A stretch of 64,000 bases of DNA, taken from the IMG/VR virus record IMGVR_UViG_3300044730_000851, positions 12,328-76,327 of that record. One strand, written 5' to 3'. Position 1 is the first letter of the stretch, and every line of letters starts with the position of its first letter. Shown in pieces: positions 1 through 9,132 of the stretch. Made by a program: the position numbers and the translations under genes. Below the pieces are notes generated by a model, which saw only the letters and a program-made list of their open reading frames with translations, ran no database searches and had not been told where the DNA came from. The DNA is from a virus.

Positions 1-182
1 TCGCCGCGACCGTGACGAACTCGCCACATGGTTGCCTGGTCGGACGACGACATGGTCTGGCCGGATAGGGGTACTGGCGTCTCCACCTCAGGCTCACGGC
101 CGATGGAAACACCCTCGCGGTGATACGACGGGGGAGTCTGCTGCTGCGCGAACTGAATGGACGCGACGTTGTTGTCTGCCAT
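1..182 (-). CDS. Hypothetical protein, runs off the window edge (partial)
   Basis: ATG at 182 directly after the stop of 185..661; frame open to the edge (MADNNVASIQFAQQTPPSY...). Confidence 0.5.
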   Translation of the reverse strand, partial: MADNNVASIQFAQQQTPPSYHREGVSIGREPEVETPVPLSGQTMSSSDQATMWRVRHGRG

Positions 183-184
183 CA

Positions 185-661
185 CTACTGCCGGTAGGCG
201 TTACCCATCGCGTCGCCGAAGTTGCCCTCGCGGGTGATCGCCGAGGTGATGATGCGGCCGTTGGCCTGGGTGGGAGCGGCCTCGGGGCCCACGGGCGGCG
301 GGACGTACGCGCTGACGCGGTACTGCGCGCCCAGTCGCTCCTGCGGGATGTTGGTGCGGTTGGCGGGAGTGCCGGGGCTGGCCGGGGGAATCGTCTGGTT
401 CTCGTAAACGGCCCCGCCGGACTGCTTATTGCCACGCGGCATCAAGGTGCCACGCAGCGGGGCTCCCGAGGTGTTCACGAAGTCGTGCACCATTGAGGTA
501 CCCATCGGGATCCGGGGGCTGCCGACACGCGCCATACCGGCGAGGGCCTCCTCCGGGGTCGGGAGACTCACTCGCGGGCGCGGGCCCACCGAGTCGTAGT
601 GATTGTTGGGTGCGCCGGAACGACGACGAACCGCGGGGCTAGAGACGCGCCAGTCAGACAT
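185..661 (-). CDS. Hypothetical phage protein
   Basis: ORF from MSDWRV; RBS GGAAGGGAG and promoter motif at 685-712 upstream. Confidence 0.65.
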   Translation of the reverse strand: MSDWRVSSPAVRRRSGAPNNHYDSVGPRPRVSLPTPEEALAGMARVGSPRIPMGTSMVHDFVNTSGAPLRGTLMPRGNKQSGGAVYENQTIPPASPGTPANRTNIPQERLGAQYRVSAYVPPPVGPEAAPTQANGRIITSAITREGNFGDAMGNAYRQ

Positions 662-684
662 AAAGGTCTCCCTTCCTACCATCC

Positions 685-712
685 AAGGTAGATACGCAAA
701 GGCCCAGCGTCA
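685..712 (-). promoter_or_regulatory. Putative promoter TGACG-N17-TACCTT
   Basis: Instance of a motif recurring about 14 times upstream of minus-strand genes. Confidence 0.55.
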
Positions 713-715
713 GCG

Positions 716-1018
716 TCAAACAACGGAGATTACGAATAGGACTGCCGATATCTCGCCGTCCCGTGACGTGACTGTCGTGAACCCCGGCTTGCAAACCAGG
801 TCGTACCCGCGAGGGGCCACGTAGCCCCGAGCGATAGCAATGCCCTTGACGGCCTGATTGACTGACCCAGCCCCCACGGCACGCAGTCGAACCGACTTGT
901 GCTCGTAGAGGGCATGCGCAATCGCGGACGCGACGGACTGTGGATTGGAGCCCGCGGATACCCGCAGGGGTTGGTCGTCGGTAAGTCCGACGATTCCGGG
1001 TTCGGATGTTTCGCTCAC
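716..1018 (-). CDS. spoVS: SpoVS-family (Alba-like) nucleic-acid-binding protein
   Basis: LRVSAGSNPQSVASAIA...RAVGAGSVNQAVKGIAIARGYVAPRGYDLVCKPGF is the SpoVS signature. Confidence 0.9.
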   Translation of the reverse strand: MSETSEPGIVGLTDDQPLRVSAGSNPQSVASAIAHALYEHKSVRLRAVGAGSVNQAVKGIAIARGYVAPRGYDLVCKPGFTTVTSRDGEISAVLFVISVV

Positions 1019-1086
1019 GGTGATCCTCTGGGAAACGATGTGTAGACGTCGTCTCCACGGTACGGAAGCCAGAAGCGCGCGTACCC

Positions 1087-1617
1087 CTAAACATTGGGGC
1101 CGTCGCGGAACTTGGGGTCGCTAAGGCGGTCAATGACGTCCTTCTCGTATGCCGTGGTGGCGTGACCGGCTGCAATCTTCGCTAAGACGTACGCATCCGA
1201 GAGGTTGTCGTCCAGAATCTCCACACCCCACTTCTTGTATACCGAAAGCATGACCTCGGGCTTCTTCGCGTTGCCACGACCCGTGGCGTACTTCTTCAGG
1301 GTGGTGGGGGGGACCCGAAGCGGGTACTTGCCTGGTCCGTTCAGACTGGTGTGGCAGGTCATCTTCACGATTCCGGCCAATTCGCCAAGGGCCGATGCGC
1401 TCAGGGATGCCCGCACGGTGTCTTCAACAGCAACATCGCCAATCGGCCGACCAATCTCGGCGAAGACATCGGACAACTGGTATGACAAATCCAGCAGGCG
1501 ATCGATGCCACGCTTGTTCGACTTCAGCAACCAGGTCTGCCAGTACTCTTCGCCAATGGCGGCCACACCGAACCCAGTCAAACTGGGGTCTAGGCCGACG
1601 TAAGCCGAGGTAGCCAC
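1087..1617 (-). CDS. RuvC-like Holliday junction resolvase
   Basis: VGLDPSLTGFG, VAVE, PTTLKKYATGRGNAKK, DNLSDAY motifs. Confidence 0.85.
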   Translation of the reverse strand: MATSAYVGLDPSLTGFGVAAIGEEYWQTWLLKSNKRGIDRLLDLSYQLSDVFAEIGRPIGDVAVEDTVRASLSASALGELAGIVKMTCHTSLNGPGKYPLRVPPTTLKKYATGRGNAKKPEVMLSVYKKWGVEILDDNLSDAYVLAKIAAGHATTAYEKDVIDRLSDPKFRDGPNV

Positions 1618-2159
1618 GGCAACTCCACGTAGTTTGTGAGCCTGTCGAAGTCAGTGATCGGATATAGGAACGGGTAAGGGACCACCCGGACCTCATTCCT
1701 GGGATCGGGATAGTGCGGTTTGTAGCCCTGATCCCAGGCGTCCAGCGCAGGGAGCCAGCCCATGATCTGACCCTGAGTGAGATCTGCAGAATCCACAAAG
1801 ACTGAAACCACAACCCTGTCAGGTTTCCTCTGCAGATCGCGCTTCCTGACCGTGAGTGGGGCCTGCGCGCTGCGCGTTCGCCGGACCTCAACGTTCAGTC
1901 CCACATCGGGGGTGTCCCGGTAGATCTCATGGTCCTCGCGCTTCCAGACCTGGGCGCCCCAGTCCAGTTTCAAGAAGGTAGCCACCACCAACTCTGCAAC
2001 GACAGATGCCCGTGAGGCGATGCGGTTGTCCTCCATGCGGTCCGGGTCGTAGTAGACCGCGTCACCTTTCCCGATGTTCTCCCGGTCTCGACCATCCCCG
2101 ACCGCGAATGCCTGGGCCAGTTGAGACGCGTCCAGGACAACAACAGGACGACTAGCCAT
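1590..2159 (-). CDS. Hypothetical protein, possible PD-(D/E)XK nuclease
   Basis: AELVVA...PDVGLNVEVR pattern; start trimmed to MASRPV by overlap with the upstream gene. Confidence 0.55.
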   Translation of the reverse strand: MASRPVVVLDASQLAQAFAVGDGRDRENIGKGDAVYYDPDRMEDNRIASRASVVAELVVATFLKLDWGAQVWKREDHEIYRDTPDVGLNVEVRRTRSAQAPLTVRKRDLQRKPDRVVVSVFVDSADLTQGQIMGWLPALDAWDQGYKPHYPDPRNEVRVVPYPFLYPITDFDRLTNYVELPWLPRLTSA

Positions 2160-2523
2160 CACCGGACTCCTGCCACGACCTGACAACGTCCAATAGGAGG
2201 TACCCAGCCAGATCGACGCGGGGATCCTCGGCGTCTCCGCCGCTGATGCCCATACCGCGGACGATGCGGTTGATCTTGTCGTCCATCCGGACGGCCATCC
2301 GCTGCTCGGGACTGACCCCGCGAGCAAAGACTTCGATTGGCTCCAGCGCGCTGTTGCCGTACCGCTCGTTCTTATGGATGAGCAGGCAAGTCATGCGGAC
2401 ACCCGCTTCGGCGATCAGTTTCCGAGTTGGGTTCGGGTAGTGAAGGGTCGTCCTGATGAACTCAAGCCCAGCGTCTGGGTTGAATCCGTTGGGCAAGCCT
2501 TCCCAGTCCGGGATGTGACTCAT
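2152..2523 (-). CDS. Nucleotide-modification-associated domain 1 (Nmad1/DUF1599-like) protein
   Basis: HKNERYGNS...VRMDDKINRI...EDPRVDLAGY; start MSHIPD overlaps the upstream stop (ATGA). Confidence 0.75.
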   Translation of the reverse strand: MSHIPDWEGLPNGFNPDAGLEFIRTTLHYPNPTRKLIAEAGVRMTCLLIHKNERYGNSALEPIEVFARGVSPEQRMAVRMDDKINRIVRGMGISGGDAEDPRVDLAGYLLLDVVRSWQESGDG

Positions 2524-2873
2524 GCGGAGACGGCCACACGTTCGTAGACGTGGGAAGTCCAAACGGTGATCGGGCGTGAGCCGCCTCCTTGCCGGGAACT
2601 CTTGACGTAGTACCCAGAAGACGAGATCAGGCCGTCGCGGGCCATATGCCGGAGCATCGGTCCCAAAATCCGGTGGTCCACCTTGCCGTCGTTGACGATG
2701 GACCCCCGGAGGTACGCGCGGTCCAAGTGTTCCCAAATGGAATCCATGGAGAACTGGCGATTGCGGCGGGCCACCCGGACCATAATCTTGAAAACCCCGG
2801 AAAGCCACTCCCGCTCGGACTCGCTACGGGAATGTGCAGTGATGAACGTGCTGGTCATCCGTGTTGCGTTCAT
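2520..2873 (-). CDS. Hypothetical protein (possible winged helix)
   Basis: RBS AAGGAG; DHRILGPML...SRPITVWTS resembles small phage winged-helix proteins. Confidence 0.6.
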   Translation of the reverse strand: MNATRMTSTFITAHSRSESEREWLSGVFKIMVRVARRNRQFSMDSIWEHLDRAYLRGSIVNDGKVDHRILGPMLRHMARDGLISSSGYYVKSSRQGGGSRPITVWTSHVYERVAVSA

Positions 2874-2883
2874 ATTGTGCTCC

Positions 2884-3372
2884 TTATGCAGACCATCTAC
2901 TTATGGGTGTCTTGTTTCGACTGGAAGTTCTTCGGGTCAACTCACGGCTGACCAGTTGCGAGTCGCGTTCGATGTTGGCCAGGAGGCTTTCGACGACCTT
3001 GCGGTAGGCGTATCGCTGCTCGACCTCGGCCTTCAGGGCTGTGATGACCTCGTCAGAGGCGACCTGTGCTCTGGCATAGGTGACCCGGTCCCCGCGGTCT
3101 CCGTAGGAAAGCATCAGGAGACTTTCCTTCTGGGACAGTTCCTTCTCAGATGCCCGCTCGTCGACCTGAGCGCAGGAGACCTGAGTGGATACGAAGTCCG
3201 CCCACGCGGTCAGTGAGGAATACAGGACCATCAAGTCTTCGTCGTCGACTGCGGTGAGGTCCGGGGGTATCCGCGGAAGGTCACTATTGGGCCTGTCCCA
3301 AAGAGGTATTCCCTGAGAGACGGCCTGTGATACTGCGGACTGAGACTGCCGACCAAGAATGAGATTCTTCAT
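2884..3372 (-). CDS. Coiled-coil protein, possibly UvsY-like recombination mediator
   Basis: Helical protein ending LVSRELTRR, located in the RecA/exonuclease cluster. Confidence 0.55.
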   Translation of the reverse strand: MKNLILGRQSQSAVSQAVSQGIPLWDRPNSDLPRIPPDLTAVDDEDLMVLYSSLTAWADFVSTQVSCAQVDERASEKELSQKESLLMLSYGDRGDRVTYARAQVASDEVITALKAEVEQRYAYRKVVESLLANIERDSQLVSRELTRRTSSRNKTPISRWSA

Positions 3373-4223
3373 GAGGCATCCCCGAAGGATGCGCACTGCT
3401 TGCAGGATCCGGAAGTCTTTACGCAGTTCGGTACCTGCTGTGCCTCGACAGCGGCCACCACACGGGCGGCCTCCTGAATGGCGGGCTCGGAGATCGAAGG
3501 GTCGTACGGAACGTTGAATTCCTTAACGCTCTGATCAGCCTTCAACTCGTAGATGAAGACGACTTCCTCCGGAGCAGAGTCGATGAGATCCTTGTCGGCC
3601 ATCCTGTGCAGGATCTCCAGGTACAACTGGGCCTGGCGCAGATGACTGGGGAAGGGACGTCGTGTGTCCTTCCAGGCCTGGAAGATGTCGCGGCCGTCTC
3701 GAAGTAGAGACGGGGCCTCAAATCGGAATGTGCCCGGTCCGATGGTCTTGATCTCGATGAGGAAGTCGTCGCCGAGGCCCTTGACCCAGCCGTCAGCCGA
3801 GCCCTCAATCCGAAGATCCAGGTCGTAGAGGGGAACCTCTCTGTACTTGACCTCCGACAGGTCAACGATGTCGCTGGACATGCTCCAGAAGGTGCTGTCG
3901 TCGGATGCCTTCCAGAGGCCGTAGAGGCAGCCCATCTCTGCGAGGTAGTTCTGCCACTTGGCATGAATGCAGTGGCCGTGATCGAAGATGGACTGCAGAC
4001 GTAGTGCATGGCGCTCCACTGGTGGCGTGTACCCAAGAAGTCGGTAGTACGCCGCCCGTGGGCAGAAGTCGTCCTTGACCAATTCACTGGGGTGAAGAAC
4101 GTCCTGTCGACGAGAGGTGTCGGCGGGTCTCTCCAGGAGATGCCGCTCGATGTCACCAATCAGACGAGTCGGTGCCTTCTTCGTCTCCATCCACTGCGCC
4201 AGAGCGCTTTGCTTTTTTGGCAT
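3369..4223 (-). CDS. Cas4-like PD-(D/E)XK exonuclease
   Basis: HPSEL..DFCPR, FDHGHCIH, GSADG..LIEIKT, QAQLY, C-terminal C..C..C cluster. Confidence 0.85.
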   Translation of the reverse strand: MPKKQSALAQWMETKKAPTRLIGDIERHLLERPADTSRRQDVLHPSELVKDDFCPRAAYYRLLGYTPPVERHALRLQSIFDHGHCIHAKWQNYLAEMGCLYGLWKASDDSTFWSMSSDIVDLSEVKYREVPLYDLDLRIEGSADGWVKGLGDDFLIEIKTIGPGTFRFEAPSLLRDGRDIFQAWKDTRRPFPSHLRQAQLYLEILHRMADKDLIDSAPEEVVFIYELKADQSVKEFNVPYDPSISEPAIQEAARVVAAVEAQQVPNCVKTSGSCKQCASFGDAS

Positions 4224-4548
4224 CTCCGCCCGGCCCCTTCAGGATCCATGCCTTGAAGGAGACTTGTGGGTGCTCCTTGCGGTACCGCTTGCGAAGGTGC
4301 GAGCGTTCACGGTGTGAAAGTCCTCCCCAAATCCCGTGTGTGTCCTGGGTCTCCAGGGAGTACCAAAGGCATGCACGACGGACAGGGCATTCACCTTGAC
4401 CGTCCGTGCCCCAGCAGACGGCCTTGGCCTTGTCTGCGATGCCCTTGTAGAGGCGTCGGTCTCGGGGCGGATAGAAGAGGTCCGTGGGGACGTCGTTCTT
4501 CGCGCACTTGGCTTCGTAGCGCCAGGCCCATTCGGGCTCAGCCACCAT
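4153..4548 (-). CDS. whiB: WhiB-family transcription factor
   Basis: W...AKC...LFYP...AKAVC...CPVRRACL...HGIWGGLSHRER. Confidence 0.92.
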   Translation of the reverse strand: MVAEPEWAWRYEAKCAKNDVPTDLFYPPRDRRLYKGIADKAKAVCWGTDGQGECPVRRACLWYSLETQDTHGIWGGLSHRERSHLRKRYRKEHPQVSFKAWILKGPGGDAKKAKRSGAVDGDEEGTDSSDW

Positions 4549-4626
4549 GCACCCTCCTGAGGTGTCCTGTTGTCATTTACGGCAAGAGGGCGCATTAGGT
4601 GGGTGACTCCCTTCACGATTGGTTGA

Positions 4627-4655
4627 ACTCTATGTAATCGGGATACGCAGTGCAA
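4627..4655 (-). promoter_or_regulatory. SigA/HrdB-like promoter TTGCAC-N17-TAGAGT upstream of whiB
   Basis: Matches TTGNNN-N17-TANNNT in an intergenic gap. Confidence 0.6.
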
Positions 4656-4664
4656 GTTACGTCA

Positions 4665-4994
4665 CTAAGACGGCGTGTCAGCCGTCTTATCGAGGCCGGT
4701 GATGGCAACAAAGTCGTCCTCCAGCAGGACGACGTAGTCGCGCCCGTCCAGTGACACGCAGAAGATCGGAGTGCGTCCGACGAGCAGGGCCTCAGTCTCG
4801 ACCTTCTTCAGTTCGGATGCTTTGAGCGAGAAAGACTTGGCAGCCGTGTACTTGTGCTCGGCCAGGTAGTCCTCCGACCGGACGTCGCCCTTGCGGGACC
4901 AGAAGGCTCCCGAAGCCGCGGTGCGGGAACCTCCGAGAATCTTCTCCAGGCGCTTTTCGTGTGCCTGTGACTGCTTCTGTCCGTGGGTCTTCAC
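4665..4994 (-). CDS. PD-(D/E)XK Holliday junction resolvase-like nuclease
   Basis: HEKRL...SGAFWSRKGDVRSEDYLAEHK. Confidence 0.75.
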   Translation of the reverse strand: MKTHGQKQSQAHEKRLEKILGGSRTAASGAFWSRKGDVRSEDYLAEHKYTAAKSFSLKASELKKVETEALLVGRTPIFCVSLDGRDYVVLLEDDFVAITGLDKTADTPS

Positions 4995-6031
4995 GACACC
5001 GCCATCGGACGGTCGTCCATGGCCATCACCTTGGCGGTGAGTTCCTCAGCAAGGTCGATCTCCTCGCGGACGGACTCAAGGACGGCTTCGAGGCCCTGCC
5101 ACTTGCGGTCGCCGTAGTAGTACCAGGCTCCCTTGCGATCCAAGATGTCGAAGACGTTGCACATCGAAACGATCTCCTTGGCGGTGTCGTATGAGCCGAC
5201 CGGGATGTCGCCACCGTCGTCGAAGTAGTAGTCGACGTACGCGACCCTTTGAGGGGGTGCGGACTTATTCTTGAGGGTCCTGATCCGAACGGACTGGCCC
5301 ACGCGCTTCTTGTTTTGGCCGCTGCCTATCTCGATCCACTCGTCCCTCTTGACCTCGCACCTAACGAAGAATGCGTAGTCCTTGCCCACGCCGCCTGGTG
5401 TGGTGCGCGGGTCTCCGTGCATGACGCCGATCTTGTAGCGCCACTGGTTGATGATGATTCCGAGAACCGGCCGTTCCTCTTCAACTAGAGAACGCTTCAT
5501 GGCTGCTCCAACTTTGCGAAAGAACTTGTTGATGAGCAGGGCTCCACGACCGATGGTCATCTCTTCCATGGTCCTGTCGGCTTCGGGTGTCGGCACCAGG
5601 GCGGGTAGGGAGTCGACCACGATGGCGTCCACAGCCTTAGACTCGGCAAAGGCGATGACTGCGTCGAAGGCTTCCTCCATGACGGTCGTTTCTACGACGA
5701 TGACTCGGTCGGTATCGACGCCGCACATCTGGGCGTACTGGGGAACCCACGCCTCCGCGGCGACCCACACAGTGGTGAAATCGGGATTCTTCGCCTGGTT
5801 GGCAGCGATGGTTTTGAGGGCCAACATAGTCTTGCCATGGCTGGGTTCCCCAATCAGTTCAGTCCACTGATTACCAGGGAGACCGCCACCAAGGATGTAG
5901 TCCCAGGTAACCGAGCCTGTAGTGAACCGCGGGATGACCTCAGAGTGGATGTCGCTGCCGAGAACAACCACCCCACCTCCGAACTTCTTGTTCAGAAGAG
6001 CCACGATCTTCTTCGCGTCGTCGTTAATCAT
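4991..6031 (-). CDS. recA: RecA-like recombinase
   Basis: Walker A GEPSHGKT, IVVDSLPAL, IINQWR, PRTTPGG, KNK, KGAWYYY. Confidence 0.93.
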   Translation of the reverse strand: MINDDAKKIVALLNKKFGGGVVVLGSDIHSEVIPRFTTGSVTWDYILGGGLPGNQWTELIGEPSHGKTMLALKTIAANQAKNPDFTTVWVAAEAWVPQYAQMCGVDTDRVIVVETTVMEEAFDAVIAFAESKAVDAIVVDSLPALVPTPEADRTMEEMTIGRGALLINKFFRKVGAAMKRSLVEEERPVLGIIINQWRYKIGVMHGDPRTTPGGVGKDYAFFVRCEVKRDEWIEIGSGQNKKRVGQSVRIRTLKNKSAPPQRVAYVDYYFDDGGDIPVGSYDTAKEIVSMCNVFDILDRKGAWYYYGDRKWQGLEAVLESVREEIDLAEELTAKVMAMDDRPMAVS

Positions 6032-6396
6032 GCGGGGGGTACTCCTTGAAGGTCTCGTCCATAGGTGTAACCGCAGGCGTAGCAGCGGGGAGCGGGTGCA
6101 ACAGTTCCGCCGGATTCTGAGATGAGGCCCCCGGCGTTAGATCGGGAGAAGTACAGGTTGCTGCCGCAGTTGGGGCAGGATCCGGTCTCTCGCTGGGAGG
6201 CCTCGCCGCCGTGCCACTGCGTGGAGACCTCAGCGAAGTTCGAAGGCGTGACCTGAACGTTGGGGGCCACAGGAGGCGGGGTCGGAGCCAGGCGCGCAGG
6301 AGGCGGTGGCGAAGGTGGATACGACGAAGTCCTTGGTGAGGCGGGCTGTGGGTTCGGCGAACCCAGTCTCTTCTCCCACCACGATGAATTGCTCAC
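6028..6396 (-). CDS. Zn-ribbon protein
   Basis: CPNCGS...RCYACGY; GTG start overlaps the polA stop. Confidence 0.65.
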   Translation of the reverse strand: MSNSSWWEKRLGSPNPQPASPRTSSYPPSPPPPARLAPTPPPVAPNVQVTPSNFAEVSTQWHGGEASQRETGSCPNCGSNLYFSRSNAGGLISESGGTVAPAPRCYACGYTYGRDLQGVPPA

Positions 6397-8342
6397 TTGG
6401 CCTCTCCCCATCTCTGTGCGCTGGTTACTTCTGCTTTCAGTGGAACCCCGAGGCGTGGGATGTAGACGCCTTCCATGGCCTCGGTCACGGCATGAATGGA
6501 CTCCTCAACGAGTGCGTCCGGGGTCACTACGACCATTTCGTCATGGACGGTCAGGACGAGGTACGCGCCCTCCGGGAGCATCTGGTCAGCCCGTACGAGA
6601 GCAATCTTCATGACGTCAGCGGCGCTGCCTTGAATCAAGGTGTTGAACGCCTGGCGCTGGGCCTTGGCCCGAATCCACCCGGTGTCGCTGTCAAGGTCCG
6701 GCAGATAGCGCCGACGGCCTGTGATGGTCGACACGAATGGTGGGTTTTGCATCCTGGCCTGCTTAATCGTCAAGGCCTTCAATTTGTTGATGCTCTTGAA
6801 CTTGTCCCCGAAGTCGTCCAGAAGTGACTTGGCCTCGTCCGCAGCGATTCCCAGTTGACGGGATATCTTGTCGGGGCCGACGCCGTAGGCGATGGAAAGG
6901 ACGAGGACCTTTCCTGCCTTGCGGTCCACGCCCATCCGGTCTCCGATGGCGGTGTAGATGTCCCCGCCGTCTCGGTACGTCTCCAACATGACGGCGTCCT
7001 GGGAGAAGCCTGCGATAAGTCGCGGCTCGATCTGGCTGTAGTCGGCGACGACAAGACTATGTCCGGGCGGCGCCACAAAGAGGTCTCGAATGAGCCTTCC
7101 GTAGTGGGTGCCGCTACTGGGGACATTCTGGAGGTTCGGGTTCCGCGACGAAAAGCGTCCTGTCTGCGCGCCGATGGGATTGAAGTCGGTGTGGATAAGG
7201 CCGTTGTCAACCAGGCCCTTCTTGGCTTCGTCTCCGCGGTACGGGAGCACGTAAGTGGACAGCAGTTTGCTGAGGCCAGCGTGCTCCAAGAGCAGGTCTA
7301 CCAGGTGGTCCTTCCCGCGGAAAACCTCTAAAGCCTCGGCACTGACCGAGTAGTCGGAGATCGTCAACGGAATGCCTGCGCGCTTCTTCTCCTTACCCTT
7401 AGGAGTCAAAGTCGTTGGGCGCAAGCCTCGACCTCCCTGGTCCTTAGGTCCGTACAGCAGGGCCTGCTTGTCGCTGTTGGCGTTCAAGTTGAACTTGCGC
7501 CCAGCAGTCTTCTCAATCTTCGTTCGGACCACCTCGGCGTCGGCGTCCAGTTGATCCTTGAGCCGATCCAACTGATCGGTGTCGATGGGCGTGCCTGCCA
7601 GTCGCATCTTGGTGATGACCGGCAGAACGTCCATCTCTAAAGAGAAGACCTGGCTGAGCCGATCCGTCTGGATCCGGTCGCGGAGCGCGACCCAAACGCT
7701 GGCCGATGCCTTAACGTCCAAGAGCACGTACTTGGAGACGACCTCGAAGGCGTGACTCTCAACTTCTGCTCCGACGCCCTTCTCGACATCGATGTCGCAG
7801 TAGATCTTGGCGACGTCCTTTAGCCCGTAGCCGAAGGCACGACTGGAGTCGACCAGGAAGGAAGCCACCATCGTGCAGGCATAAGGTCCCGAGGGGATGT
7901 CGCCCAGATACTTGGCGACCGAACCAACATCGAAGGACAGGTTGTGCCCCACCTTCAGGACGTTGTCGTCGAACATGAGGGGCTTCAAAATCCCGAACGC
8001 GGTGGTGCGGTCCAGGTGGGGCGTTGGGTCCGAAAACGTCCGAGTGATCTTCTTGCGGTCCACTGAGTAATCGCTCTTGCGGGGCTTAAGTCCGCGGGCC
8101 AGCCGCTCGCGGAGATCCTCAGTGTCCTTAAGGGGGAAGCCTTCCTCGATCAGATCCCCGTTGGGGAAGTTCAGGGGAACTGACCACTGGTGCTTGTCAT
8201 CCCCGATCCCAATCCATACGACGTCGTTCCTCCAGGGATCTCCCCGGAATCCGATCGTCTCTACGTCGAAGCAGAAGAACTCTGCCTCGTTTTGCAAGTA
8301 GCCAACTGCGTCATACAACTGGTCGGCGTCGGTCACCAACAT
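6393..8342 (-). CDS. polA: Family A DNA polymerase with 3'-5' exonuclease domain
   Basis: FDVET exonuclease, GHNLSFD, TGRFSSRNPNLQN, ADYSQIEPR (motif A), RKAGKVLVLSIAYG (motif B), TVHDE (motif C). Confidence 0.95.
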   Translation of the reverse strand: MLVTDADQLYDAVGYLQNEAEFFCFDVETIGFRGDPWRNDVVWIGIGDDKHQWSVPLNFPNGDLIEEGFPLKDTEDLRERLARGLKPRKSDYSVDRKKITRTFSDPTPHLDRTTAFGILKPLMFDDNVLKVGHNLSFDVGSVAKYLGDIPSGPYACTMVASFLVDSSRAFGYGLKDVAKIYCDIDVEKGVGAEVESHAFEVVSKYVLLDVKASASVWVALRDRIQTDRLSQVFSLEMDVLPVITKMRLAGTPIDTDQLDRLKDQLDADAEVVRTKIEKTAGRKFNLNANSDKQALLYGPKDQGGRGLRPTTLTPKGKEKKRAGIPLTISDYSVSAEALEVFRGKDHLVDLLLEHAGLSKLLSTYVLPYRGDEAKKGLVDNGLIHTDFNPIGAQTGRFSSRNPNLQNVPSSGTHYGRLIRDLFVAPPGHSLVVADYSQIEPRLIAGFSQDAVMLETYRDGGDIYTAIGDRMGVDRKAGKVLVLSIAYGVGPDKISRQLGIAADEAKSLLDDFGDKFKSINKLKALTIKQARMQNPPFVSTITGRRRYLPDLDSDTGWIRAKAQRQAFNTLIQGSAADVMKIALVRADQMLPEGAYLVLTVHDEMVVVTPDALVEESIHAVTEAMEGVYIPRLGVPLKAEVTSAQRWGEAK

Positions 8343-8362
8343 CTGGACTCCCTGAGATAAGT

Positions 8363-8420
8363 GAGGGCCGGGGGCCGGATCGGCAAGGGGGAAGGCGAGA
8401 TCGACAGCCCCCGGCCACTC
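8363..8420 (-). terminator. Long GC-rich hairpin between ssb and polA
   Basis: GGCCGGGGGC.../...GCCCCCGGCC inverted repeat with an inner CCTTCCCCCTT segment. Confidence 0.5.
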
Positions 8421-8427
8421 ATAGAGA

Positions 8428-9120
8428 TCAGTCGCGTCGGGGGTTTCGCGACGTGATCTCCGCCTTGACCTCCTCCATCAACTTCACGTTGGGGGTAGGG
8501 ATGATGGAATCAGAGAGAGCCTCAGCGCCGGACACGATTGCCTCGGCGTCCGCCACGGACATCTCCCACTCCTCTTCGAGGAATTGGGGGCGAACCTTTT
8601 CGACGTTGAAGAGCGTCTTGGGACCGGTGCCGGTCTTGCTGAGTGAGTAGTACATCCGGTCCAGGGGACCGGTGGCGCTGTCCATGTCGTAGCGGTGGAA
8701 GATCTGCGCGGTGGTGGGTGAGATGGTGAGAATCTCCACCTGGGGCTCTTCCGCGGACAGGTTCACCAGGGAGAAGCAGATCTTGCGGCGGGGCTTGTCG
8801 CCAATACTGCACAGCGGACAGGTCGCATCGTCGGTGCAGGTAAAGGACTTCTTACCCTGGCGCTCGTTGATCCAGTGCTGGTTGTAGACCGCGAAGGGCT
8901 CACGGCCCAGGAACTTGACCAACTGCTTGTCCTCGGTCCAGCGGAAGTCGTTCGTGTACTGGCCTGAGTTGGACGACTTGAGGGCGGCATCCCAACCACT
9001 CTGGATGGCGGAGGATCGGGGTGCGCGAACGTTCTCATCGTCTTCCCGGTAGGGCTCTTCCATGAGGCCCTCGTCCAGGATGTAATCGGCGGTGTCTCGG
9101 CGGCGTGCGGCGGTAGGCAT
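8428..9120 (-). CDS. Single-stranded DNA-binding protein (gp32-like)
   Basis: LVKFL, QHWI, C..CPLC Zn motif, SKTGTGPKT; adjacent to polA. Confidence 0.7.
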   Translation of the reverse strand: MPTAARRRDTADYILDEGLMEEPYREDDENVRAPRSSAIQSGWDAALKSSNSGQYTNDFRWTEDKQLVKFLGREPFAVYNQHWINERQGKKSFTCTDDATCPLCSIGDKPRRKICFSLVNLSAEEPQVEILTISPTTAQIFHRYDMDSATGPLDRMYYSLSKTGTGPKTLFNVEKVRPQFLEEEWEMSVADAEAIVSGAEALSDSIIPTPNVKLMEEVKAEITSRNPRRD

Positions 9121-9132
9121 ATCGGCTTTCTC

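Noticed and set aside
3369-4223. CRISPR-Cas system suggested by the Cas4-like nuclease
   Set aside because: No array or other cas genes; stand-alone Cas4-like exonucleases are normal in phage recombination modules.
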